From Patescibacteria group bacterium (lineage in GTDB: Bacteria > Patescibacteriota > Patescibacteriia > SG8-24), in the NCBI GenBank assembly GCA_041667185.1, contig JBAYFM010000007.1, positions 4,296 through 68,295 on the forward strand: 64,000 bases of DNA, given 5' to 3'. Under the pieces are notes generated by a model. The model had not been told where the DNA came from. It worked only from the letters and a program-made list of their open reading frames with translations, and did not search any database. The position numbers and the translations under genes were made by a program. Below are positions 1-8,311 of the stretch, piece by piece; position 1 is the stretch's first letter, and every line of letters starts with the position of its first letter.

Positions 1-1374
1 GTGACCGTCGAACCAGAAACGGCCGGCGAGACCATCGATGGGGAGCGCGCTTACCGCGAAACTCTGGAACGCCTGAGCGAATTATCAAACGCGGTCATCG
101 TCCTGAAAATCCGCTCCGACCAGCCGACTGTCACCGTCGGCGACATCGAGCCGCTGCGCGACCAGATCGCCGCTGCCCTGGAACACGCGCCGCTCCGCCT
201 CAAGGCCAAAGAAGAGACCTGGACCGTTTCCCGGCAACTTGCCGCCGACTGGATCAGCGCCGTGACCGATCCGGCCGCGGGCCAGGGTTCCGCGGTCAGA
301 CTCGGACTCGATCGGACCAAGGTCGCGAAATACCTCGAAACCCGCGGCGGAGGCTTGCGCACTGAACCAAAGAATGCCGCTTTCGAGATGTCCGCCGCCG
401 GTCGCGTGGCCGTCTTCGAGCCCGGCCTCGACGGCGAAGAGATCGACCCCGAGGCCTCGATTATCCTGATCGAAACCCGGCTGTTCGGCGCCGACGAAGC
501 TGCTGTGAGCCCCGACGCCCTGATCCTGCCGTTCCGCGCGGTCCCGCCGCGGATCACCACGGCCGCCGCCAACCCCTTCGGCATCAAGGAGATCATCGGA
601 GTCGGCGATTCCAATTTCAAGAACAGCCCGACCAACCGCCGAACCAACATCAAGGTCGGCGCGGATTCCCTGAACGGCATCATCATTCCGGCCGGCGAAG
701 AATTCTCCCTGCTCCAGGCGCTCGGCCCCATCGACGGCGAGCACGGCTACCTGCAGGAACTGGTCATCAAACAGGACAAGACCGTGAAAGAATACGGCGG
801 CGGGCTCTGCCAGATCGGCACGACCACTTTCCGCGCCGTGATGAACGCCGGCCTGCCGGTCACGATGCGGCAGAACCATTCCTATCGCGTCCCCTACTAC
901 GAACGCGACGGCGCAGGAAACTACATGGGGCCGGGCAAAGACGCCACCATCTACGATCCCTGGCCGGACTTCAGATTCCGGAACGACACCGGCAACACCG
1001 TCCTGCTCATGACCGCGATCGACGGCAACCGGGTGACCTTCACGCTCTGGGGCGTCCTCGACGGGCGGAAAGCCGAGCAGGGTCCGGTCAAGGTCTGGAA
1101 CGAAGTGCCGCCGCCGGAAAAGAAGCTTATCGAAACGACCGATCTGAAACCCGGCCAGACCAAATGCACGGAGAGTCCGCATCCCGGAGCCGACACTTCT
1201 TTCACTTATACCGTCACGTCCTCGAACGGCGAAGTGAAAAAAACCGACTTCAAGAGCCACTACCGCCCCTGGGGCGAGGTCTGCCTTGTCGGCATCGACC
1301 CGAACGCGCCGCCGGCCGCGAATACCGCGCCAAGCCTGCCATCGATCGACGCCGCCGGGGCCGCGGGGAATTGA
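1..1374 (+). CDS. VanW-family protein with peptidoglycan-binding region and C-terminal G5-like segment (5' truncated by window)
   Basis: VanW motifs RxxNIxxG, FSLLQALGP, YGGGLCQIGTT, RQNHSY, GKDATIY, DFRFRNDTG. Confidence 0.85.
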   Translation: MTVEPETAGETIDGERAYRETLERLSELSNAVIVLKIRSDQPTVTVGDIEPLRDQIAAALEHAPLRLKAKEETWTVSRQLAADWISAVTDPAAGQGSAVRLGLDRTKVAKYLETRGGGLRTEPKNAAFEMSAAGRVAVFEPGLDGEEIDPEASIILIETRLFGADEAAVSPDALILPFRAVPPRITTAAANPFGIKEIIGVGDSNFKNSPTNRRTNIKVGADSLNGIIIPAGEEFSLLQALGPIDGEHGYLQELVIKQDKTVKEYGGGLCQIGTTTFRAVMNAGLPVTMRQNHSYRVPYYERDGAGNYMGPGKDATIYDPWPDFRFRNDTGNTVLLMTAIDGNRVTFTLWGVLDGRKAEQGPVKVWNEVPPPEKKLIETTDLKPGQTKCTESPHPGADTSFTYTVTSSNGEVKKTDFKSHYRPWGEVCLVGIDPNAPPAANTAPSLPSIDAAGAAGN

Positions 1375-1419
1375 TGGGGAAGGAAATCGGAGAGTGCAGG
1401 AGTGCAGGAGAGACGGAGC

Positions 1420-1441
1420 CACGTCGTTCGCGAACGACGTG
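1420..1441. repeat. Palindromic interspersed repeat CACGTCGTTCGCGAACGACGTG (REP-like); further copies at 1912, 5860, 8062, 28429, 34414, 54245
   Basis: Seven near-identical 22-bp palindromes, all intergenic, flanked by 8-mer GGAGAGAC/GGAGTGC-type units. Confidence 0.85.
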
Positions 1442-1571
1442 GCGGAGAGACGATGAAATATCCTAAAAGTGCGACCATAACAAAAGCGGGGGCCTGACGC
1501 TCCCGCTTTCATGATATATATCATTCTTTCGCCCTCATCTTTCACCGACTACCGTATTCTTTCACGGCAAT

Positions 1572-1692
1572 CAAAAACACCTCAGGGAGTCGCGCTCAAG
1601 AAGATTATACTGAGGTGTCACTGAGTCGAAACCCGGTGTACCCTCGGCGTAACCCCCATGCTTGTCGTGAGCGCGATTCTCTGAGGTGTTGG
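1572..1692 (-). ncRNA. Candidate compact 6S-like RNA
   Basis: 23-bp closing stem 1576-1598/1668-1690, central bubble containing UAUAAU, UUCG-capped terminal stem, upstream promoter and boxA-like motif, 3' U-run. Confidence 0.5.
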
Positions 1693-1723
1693 TCAAAGAT
1701 CTCTGCTGACTTCGTAACGTTGT

Positions 1724-1752
1724 AGATTAGCAGAAGATGCCCCGCGTGTCAA
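1724..1752 (-). promoter_or_regulatory. Sigma70 promoter for the 6S-like RNA
   Basis: TTGACA-N17-TAATCT with extended -10 TG, followed by GATCTTTGACCA (1701-1690). Confidence 0.6.
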
Positions 1753-2121
1753 GGGTCTGAATGCCTAATTGTCAATCAATTTAGCGAAAAAATATGCTTA
1801 AACATGGCAATCAAGGCTAAAATCAACGGCTGTCGTGTCAACTGATCGGGTGACAAAAATCGGGAGAAGTCATAAAAGAGACGGAGTCAGGGAGAGGCGG
1901 AGTGACGGAGCCATGTCGTTCGCGAACGACGCATCTCCATCTCTCCCTGATCCAATGAACGAGAGAGTGCGGGAGTGAAGGAGTTGGGGAGACCCGACAA
2001 AAACTCCCGCACTCCTGCACTCTCAAACTTCCCTACTCCGTCTCTTCCTCAACCCCCGCCACGATTGACATGGCGGCCTTTTTATGATATATTGCTGGGT
2101 CGAGTTCTTTCACAAGCTTGA

Positions 2122-2208
2122 GGCGGTGCCGGACAAAAAACTCGCGGGTAGCGGGGCCTTCCAAGGTCGTCCGGGTCAGTGCAGGTTCGACTCCTGCTGC
2201 CGCCTCCA
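2122..2208 (+). ncRNA. Atypical tRNA-like RNA (acceptor stem, T-arm, U73-CCA, TCC-containing loop, no canonical D-arm)
   Basis: GGCGGTG/TGCCGCC-T-CCA; T-arm GCAGG-TTCGACT-CCTGC; CCGGAC/GTCCGG helix; TTGACA promoter near 2066. Confidence 0.6.
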
Positions 2209-2249
2209 AATCCTTCCATCATCTTCGCCAAGAAGACCGAGGAGGTCTC

Positions 2250-2516
2250 ATGATGAAACCATTGACGCTGCCGCGCGGCGAAACGCCGCAGAGCGCCTAT
2301 GAGCTCGCCATGTCGAGCCAGTCATTTTTCCTCGCGGCGCAGATCGCCCTGCAGTTCAAACTCGGCGGTGACAAGATCCGCCGGGCCGCCAAACTGGCGA
2401 TCCGCCGTTATTTGGACCACGGTCACCCGGATATGGCGCTGAATACGATGGCCATCTTCGGTGTTCAAGACCGGCTCGCGGCATCCAATGAACGATGCTC
2501 GCTGTTGCCGAACTGA
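2250..2516 (+). CDS. Hypothetical protein (88 aa)
   Basis: AGGAGG SD before ATG 2250; follows the tRNA-like RNA. Confidence 0.7.
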   Translation: MMKPLTLPRGETPQSAYELAMSSQSFFLAAQIALQFKLGGDKIRRAAKLAIRRYLDHGHPDMALNTMAIFGVQDRLAASNERCSLLPN

Positions 2517-2575
2517 TATGATACTAGTGCGAACTGAAACCCTGAACCTGCTGCAAGAAAGAATGGAGACATCTC

Positions 2576-2995
2576 ATGCATCCCATCATCCTGCCAGTCC
2601 AAAGTGATGAGAACCTGAAGGTCTTCGCTTACCCCGAAGGTGGCGGAATCAAGATCGGCCTGCGTGAAGGCGGTTACCTGAACGTCGGACTGTTCCGGGC
2701 GGCCTATCACAAGAAAGAGAGCATCGGCCAGACGCTCACGAGCGGACCAGTAACGGCCCAAGTGATCGCGCGCGGCGACGGGATCGAACTCGTCGTGACC
2801 ATCAAGCTGCCGCACGGCACGATCATCGAGCGGACCATCTCGCCCGCCGTCTGCGACGAGCTCGCTGAGCGCGTCAGTCAGGCCGACATGCTGCTTTACT
2901 CCTACGTCTACGACGACTCGGCGGATGTCGACCACAGCGTCCCGAAACCCCTGCCGCTGGAGCAGGCCGTTATCGACACTGTCGAAAAGGAGTGA
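2576..2995 (+). CDS. Hypothetical protein (139 aa)
   Basis: GGAG SD, GC3-rich codons, followed by a terminator. Confidence 0.7.
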   Translation: MHPIILPVQSDENLKVFAYPEGGGIKIGLREGGYLNVGLFRAAYHKKESIGQTLTSGPVTAQVIARGDGIELVVTIKLPHGTIIERTISPAVCDELAERVSQADMLLYSYVYDDSADVDHSVPKPLPLEQAVIDTVEKE

Positions 2996-3021
2996 TCTCG
3001 AACTTTCGAAGACGAGACACC

Positions 3022-3056
3022 AAGATCCCTGCTGCGCTTGCAGCGGGGGTCTTTTC
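3022..3056 (+). terminator. Intrinsic terminator
   Basis: AAGATCCCTGCTGC...GCAGCGGGGGTCTTTT. Confidence 0.65.
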
Positions 3057-3154
3057 ATTTTCCGCGCCAGCCGAGGGAGGCCACATTGCCAAAACCCGCG
3101 GCCTAGGATTAACTGGGAGTGCTCTTTATAACCCCAGAACCCCGGAGGTCGGCC

Positions 3155-4138
3155 ATGGCCGGACACCATCATCATGACCACGACGGCACGGCTCGGACCG
3201 TGGCCGTGAATCTGACCGTCAACGCGACGCTCACGCTGGCCAAGTGGCTGGCCTATTTCCTAACCGGCTCGCCGTCGCTTTTCGGCGAAGCAGCCCATTC
3301 GACCGCCGACTCGCTGAATCCGATCCTGCTCTGGTTCGGCCTGCGCCGCGGCCGCCTGCCCAAGGACGCCGCCCATCCGCTCGGCCACGGCCGCGAGACC
3401 TTCTTCTGGTCGCTCATCGCGGCCGAGATGATGCTGCTCCTGGGCGCAGGACTGACCGCCTACCACGGGCTCAAGACCATCATCACCGGCGACCGCCCCG
3501 ATTACTCTCCCTGGTCGCTCGGCATCATGGGTTTCGCGCTCTGCGCCGAAGGCTTCACCCTGTTCCTGTCCTGGAAAAAGATCCGGCAGGAACGCGGCGC
3601 GACCCTCGCGGCCAAGATCCGCGGCACGAGCGACACCGTGACGCTCGGCATCCTGATTGAGAACGGCGTGGACGCGCTCGCGGTGCTCCTGGCTTTCCTG
3701 GGCTTCGGCCTGTTCGCGCTGACCGGCCAACCGCTCTGGGACGCGGGCTTCTCGCTCGCGATCGCCGCGCTGCTCGCGACCTCCTCGCTCTTTCTCATCA
3801 ACCGCAACCGGTCGCTGCTCGTCGGCGAGACCGCGCGGCCGGAGACCGTCGCCAGGATCATCCTGATCGCGGCCGTTCACCCGGCGGTCGACGTGGTCGT
3901 CGCCGCGACGGCGGTCATGCTCGACGCCGACCGGGTCCACTGCCATCTGCAGCTCAGGCTCAAGACTGACGGCTTCGTCTGGCGCTGGTGCTCCGGCCCG
4001 GCCGCGAGACCCTATCTCGCCGGCGACCCGGTGACCTGGACGCTCGACCAGCTGACCAAGGAACTCGCGTCAGTCCGATCCGCGATCAGATCCTCCGTAC
4101 CGGAAGTCGCTTCGGTCGACATCGAGATCGTCCGCTGA
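3155..4138 (+). CDS. Cation diffusion facilitator (CDF) family transporter
   Basis: His-rich N-terminus, GSPSLFGEAAHSTAD, HPLGHGRE, six hydrophobic helices; GGAGG SD. Confidence 0.9.
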   Translation: MAGHHHHDHDGTARTVAVNLTVNATLTLAKWLAYFLTGSPSLFGEAAHSTADSLNPILLWFGLRRGRLPKDAAHPLGHGRETFFWSLIAAEMMLLLGAGLTAYHGLKTIITGDRPDYSPWSLGIMGFALCAEGFTLFLSWKKIRQERGATLAAKIRGTSDTVTLGILIENGVDALAVLLAFLGFGLFALTGQPLWDAGFSLAIAALLATSSLFLINRNRSLLVGETARPETVARIILIAAVHPAVDVVVAATAVMLDADRVHCHLQLRLKTDGFVWRWCSGPAARPYLAGDPVTWTLDQLTKELASVRSAIRSSVPEVASVDIEIVR

Positions 4139-4142
4139 CAAC

Positions 4143-4171
4143 AAAACGCTCCCCCTCGGGAGCGTTTTTTT
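4143..4171. terminator. Bidirectional terminator between the CDF gene and clpP
   Basis: AAAACGCTCCC-CCTC-GGGAGCGTTTTTTT. Confidence 0.75.
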
Positions 4172-4203
4172 CGCCTCTATCGGCGGGTCGCGGTCGTCCA
4201 GCC

Positions 4204-4806
4204 TCAGAAGATCTTGTCGATGATGCCGTATTTCAGCGCTTCCGGCGCGCTCATGAAATAATCACGGTCCGTGTCCTTCTCCACCTTGGCGAAAGCCTGG
4301 CCGGTACTGTCGGCCAGAATGCGATTCAATTGGTCCTTCATCTTCAGGATGCGCTCGGCGCGGATCTTGATGTCCGTGGCCTGGCCTTCGGCGCCGCCCA
4401 TGACCTGGTGGATCATGATCTCGGCGTTCGGCAAGGCGAAACGTTTGCCCTTGGTGCCGGCGGCCAAAAGGACCGCTGCCATGGAAGCCGCCATGCCGAC
4501 GCAGATCGTCGCCACGTCCGGCTTGATATAACGCATGGTGTCGTAAATGGCGAGACCGGCGGTGACCGAACCGCCCGGACTGTTGATGTAGATCTTGATG
4601 TCCTTGGTCTTGTCCTGGGACTCGAGGAACAGGAGCTGGGCGATGACGATGTTGGCCGTATCCTCGCTGATCATGTCGCCGAGGAAGATGATCCGGTCCT
4701 TGAGCAGGCGGGAGTAGATGTCGTAAGCGCGTTCGCCGTAGGTCGTCTTTTCGATGACCGTCGGGATGAGGATCTGGGAACTCAGCTCGTAGGGATTTTT
4801 AGGCAT
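4204..4806 (-). CDS. clpP: ATP-dependent Clp protease proteolytic subunit
   Basis: [44 protein letters not shown]. Confidence 0.97.
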   Translation of the reverse strand: MPKNPYELSSQILIPTVIEKTTYGERAYDIYSRLLKDRIIFLGDMISEDTANIVIAQLLFLESQDKTKDIKIYINSPGGSVTAGLAIYDTMRYIKPDVATICVGMAASMAAVLLAAGTKGKRFALPNAEIMIHQVMGGAEGQATDIKIRAERILKMKDQLNRILADSTGQAFAKVEKDTDRDYFMSAPEALKYGIIDKIF

Positions 4807-4964
4807 AATAAATAGGCTATTTAGCGCTTTCATTATATAGGCGGTCGCCCCGGCTGGCAAACCCCGACCAAACCGATAAAAAATCGCCGGGTTGACGTTC
4901 CCGGACCGTCTGCTAAGGTGCGGACACTGTTCCTTGTCAACGAGACGTGCGAAAGGGGTACGAA

Positions 4965-5756
4965 ATGCGCACTTCGATGTCGATATCTTCGTCTTATCTG
5001 GCGGCGTTCTGTCTTTTCATTTGTCTGCCCGCCTGCGCTTTCCGGCAACACGGCCCCGAGGTCTTCAAAATCCAAGAGAACCGGCAGGCGACCTACCGCC
5101 TGGACAGCCCGTTCAATGGGCATGGTTCCGGCGTGGTCGTGAGCCGCGAAGGACACGTTCTCACGGCGGCCCACGTCGCCGTGGCCGGCGATCTCGAGAT
5201 CACCATCGAAGAGGGCGGTGGCATCATCCAGACCTACCCCGCTGAACTCATCAGCCTCGATCCTGATCACGACCTGGCCGTCGTCAAGATCGACCGGCAT
5301 TTCGACCATCCGGCCGTTCTCGAAGATCCGGCCGTTGTTCACCCGGGCGATGAAGTCTACAACGTCGGCTATCCCTACAGTTTCGGGGAAATGGTCGGCC
5401 GCGGTTACGTCCAAAAATTGGACTACGGCCTGACCAAAGATGACGGTACCGTAGTTATCCAAGACGCGATCCTGGTAGACATGCCTGATGGTCCCGGAAC
5501 TTCCGGCTCCGGCATCTTCCTGGCCCGCTCCGGCAAACTCATCGGCGTGATGAGCATGGCCTTCTGGATGAGCAACGGCGACATCCCACCGACCGTGACC
5601 CGCGTCCTAGCCTCGGTCGAGTACGCCCGCAAACTACTCGAATCCAGCGGCGTCCAATATCTGACTTCCGCTGACGCGCCCCGAGATGGCGAAGTCCTGG
5701 CTTACGATACCGACCTGAAGATTACCGTCCAGGCAGCTCCACTGGCCAAGCACTGA
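4965..5756 (+). CDS. Trypsin-like (S1) serine protease, probably exported or lipoprotein
   Basis: Catalytic triad motifs [21 protein letters not shown]; hydrophobic N-terminus ending LPAC. Confidence 0.85.
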   Translation: MRTSMSISSSYLAAFCLFICLPACAFRQHGPEVFKIQENRQATYRLDSPFNGHGSGVVVSREGHVLTAAHVAVAGDLEITIEEGGGIIQTYPAELISLDPDHDLAVVKIDRHFDHPAVLEDPAVVHPGDEVYNVGYPYSFGEMVGRGYVQKLDYGLTKDDGTVVIQDAILVDMPDGPGTSGSGIFLARSGKLIGVMSMAFWMSNGDIPPTVTRVLASVEYARKLLESSGVQYLTSADAPRDGEVLAYDTDLKITVQAAPLAKH

Positions 5757-5926
5757 CTCAAACGGCTCCCCTCGGAGCCGTTTTTTCTTAAGTTGCGATC
5801 CTAGATAGAGACGGGAATCCAAAAAACGGGGACCGCGGTCCCCGTCCTTTTGACTCCGTCACGTCGTTCGCGAACGACGTGGCTTCGTCTCTCCATGACT
5901 CCGTCTCTCATATAACTCCCCTCCCA

Positions 5927-6886
5927 CTACTCCACTCGCCAGCAATTCTCCCCCTCGCAGATTTTTCCCGGTACAGAAAACCCGGCCGCTTTGCGGTGTC
6001 CGCCACCACCCAAGGCCTTGGCCACCGACGACACATCAACATCAGCCGCGGCGCGGAAACTCCCCCGCACCTGGCCGCCCGGACCCTCTTTGAGGACCAG
6101 TACAACCCCCGCGTCGAGGATGCTGCCGAGCAGATTATACAGATCGTCCGTGGCCTCCTGTGCCTTGCCTGGTTCGAAGTCCGACAGGAAAAGCGCGGTC
6201 GAAGCGATGTCGAGCCGCTTATCGTGCTTGAGCCGCGCCATGGCCGTGCCATACAACCGAAGAGACGACAGAGGGCGGCTGCGAAAAACGCGTTCCGTGA
6301 TCAGGTTGGCGTCGGCCCCGCGGCGCAGCAAGTCGGAAGCCGCTTCCAGCGCAGAACGATTCGTCGCGGAATTGGAGAAAGCGGTCGTATCATAATAGAT
6401 GCCCGTCAACAGACAGGTGGCGATGTCTTCGCTTATTTCAGCGTTGATATGCCTCAGGAAACGATAAAATACCTCACTGGCAGAGGAAGCCTGCGGGTCG
6501 ACGACATTGATATCGCCGTAACGGTCGTTCACCAGATGATGATCGAATCCGATGAGCCGCGTCCGGGCCGGACGACTGGCGATCAGGTCGACCACGCCAG
6601 TCTGATTCAGGCCGCCGCAGTCGAAAACGACGCACAAGTCATGATCCGCGGCGAAAACAGATGTGTCAGTCGTGAACTTCTCGGCGCCGGCCAAAAAGCT
6701 ATATTTCTCCGGCACGGGATCCGCGCAATAGACCGCGACCTCGATCCCCTGTTCCAGGCAATAATTGACGAATGCCGAAGACGAACCCAAAGCGTCGCCA
6801 TCCGGACGCTGATGAGTGACCGCGAGTATCTTCTTGGCCCGAGCCAGCGCTTCCCGAGCGCTATCGAATGAAAATCTGATATCCAT
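5927..6886 (-). CDS. nrnA: DHH-family phosphoesterase (NrnA-like nanoRNase / pAp phosphatase)
   Basis: HQRPDGDALGS, FDHH, GIYYDT, GGGGHRKAAG. Confidence 0.88.
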   Translation of the reverse strand: MDIRFSFDSAREALARAKKILAVTHQRPDGDALGSSSAFVNYCLEQGIEVAVYCADPVPEKYSFLAGAEKFTTDTSVFAADHDLCVVFDCGGLNQTGVVDLIASRPARTRLIGFDHHLVNDRYGDINVVDPQASSASEVFYRFLRHINAEISEDIATCLLTGIYYDTTAFSNSATNRSALEAASDLLRRGADANLITERVFRSRPLSSLRLYGTAMARLKHDKRLDIASTALFLSDFEPGKAQEATDDLYNLLGSILDAGVVLVLKEGPGGQVRGSFRAAADVDVSSVAKALGGGGHRKAAGFSVPGKICEGENCWRVE

Positions 6887-7008
6887 ATGGGAATGGACTA
6901 ATGTATCCTTTACCCCAATGACGGTCAAGGGGCGGCTGCGGATTGACTTTTGGATCGGTTCGGTTATAATGCGATGTTCTTTCACATCAGATCAAGAGGA
7001 GTCGAATC

Positions 7009-8022
7009 ATGGGAAAATACGAACGAGCCGGACAGTATGGCATCAACTGGGATGACATCCTGCGCAAAGAATACGTCTCTCGTCTGGCCGCCGCGCCATT
7101 CTTCGAAGAAGCCGGCTCGCTGCTCATGAGCGCCGGACTCATCTGGCAAGGACGCCTCGGCGCCGGCCGCATCCGCGGCCAAGAACTCACGACACTGGGC
7201 TACACGCTCCGAGAGGCCGGCCGCAACTGGCGGCACGGCGCTCTCAGCTGGTCGCCGCCGCCGGAATGGGAGTCGTGCTACAGCCATCTGTTGGCCGAAT
7301 TCCGCGATCACCGATCCTTCAGCACCGACCGCCGGAACAGCGATCAGTCGCCCCGCCGGCACCCGCAAGCCGCCCGCACGCTCGTGGCGGCCACGATCGC
7401 GCTCGTCCAGGACCAGCTGCCGGTCATCGGCGCCACCGGACGTCACCTCTATCGCGACGACGAGGTCAAAAAATGCGAGGATCTGCTCGAGACCCTCGGC
7501 GAACATCCGGCCTCCGAACAGCCCGACCTGCCGCTCACGCAAGCCCGGATCGATCTCCTCGGCCTGCGCGCCGCGTACCGGACCTGCGAAGGCTTGTGCT
7601 GCTCGGTCGGTACGATCTGGATCTACGCCCAAACCCAAAAGGAATCCTCGGACAGGGAACCCGCCACGAAGCTGTGGTATACCCGAGGCGAAGCGTTCCG
7701 CGAACTGGCCAAGGCAGCCTACCTGCGTTTCGCCGCGGGACAACCCGAAAGCATCCGGGACTCGCTGCTCGACGCCCGCGACGACGCCATCGCCTACGGC
7801 TACGACGAACGCCACTACGCCAGCCGCGACGAGATCGCGGTGAGCGAAAAGCTGGCCGAAGCGCTCATCGACGTCCTGTTACAACTCACAGGCGAACGCT
7901 ATGGCCGCGAAGCCGCCGCGGACGCTGCCAACATCATGCGGATACAGGCATTGCCGGCCGCGGAAAGCTCAGATAAGCAGCTGACGCCGCCGCCCAAACA
8001 ACTGGCTGAACCCAAAAAATAA
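7009..8022 (+). CDS. Hypothetical protein (337 aa)
   Basis: Own promoter (TTGACT..TATAAT 6943-6970), boxA-like motif, GAGGAG SD, terminator 8027-8052. Confidence 0.75.
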   Translation: MGKYERAGQYGINWDDILRKEYVSRLAAAPFFEEAGSLLMSAGLIWQGRLGAGRIRGQELTTLGYTLREAGRNWRHGALSWSPPPEWESCYSHLLAEFRDHRSFSTDRRNSDQSPRRHPQAARTLVAATIALVQDQLPVIGATGRHLYRDDEVKKCEDLLETLGEHPASEQPDLPLTQARIDLLGLRAAYRTCEGLCCSVGTIWIYAQTQKESSDREPATKLWYTRGEAFRELAKAAYLRFAAGQPESIRDSLLDARDDAIAYGYDERHYASRDEIAVSEKLAEALIDVLLQLTGERYGREAAADAANIMRIQALPAAESSDKQLTPPPKQLAEPKK

Positions 8023-8311
8023 GCTCAAGGACCGCCTCGCGGTCCTTTTTTTCGCCTCCATCACGTCGCTCGCGAGTGACGTGACTCCGTCAAAAATCTC
8101 TGGCCCAGGGCCAGAGATAGATCAATATAAGCGAATCCCCTGCACCCCGCACTACCTAGTGCTGGGGAATGGGGACGGGCCGCAAAAACCGATCGTCCGA
8201 CCAGTCGCCCTCGGGCATTGCGATTCCGCCTCAAACTGCTACAATTTTGAGGCGCTGTGGAAAGGTCGGACTTCCGGACCAGAACCATCATCCCGCCGGC
8301 GCCTCCTGATT

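Noticed and set aside
2122-2208. tRNA-Sec or tmRNA
   Set aside because: No TCA anticodon or long variable arm; no G3-U70 pair or tag reading frame
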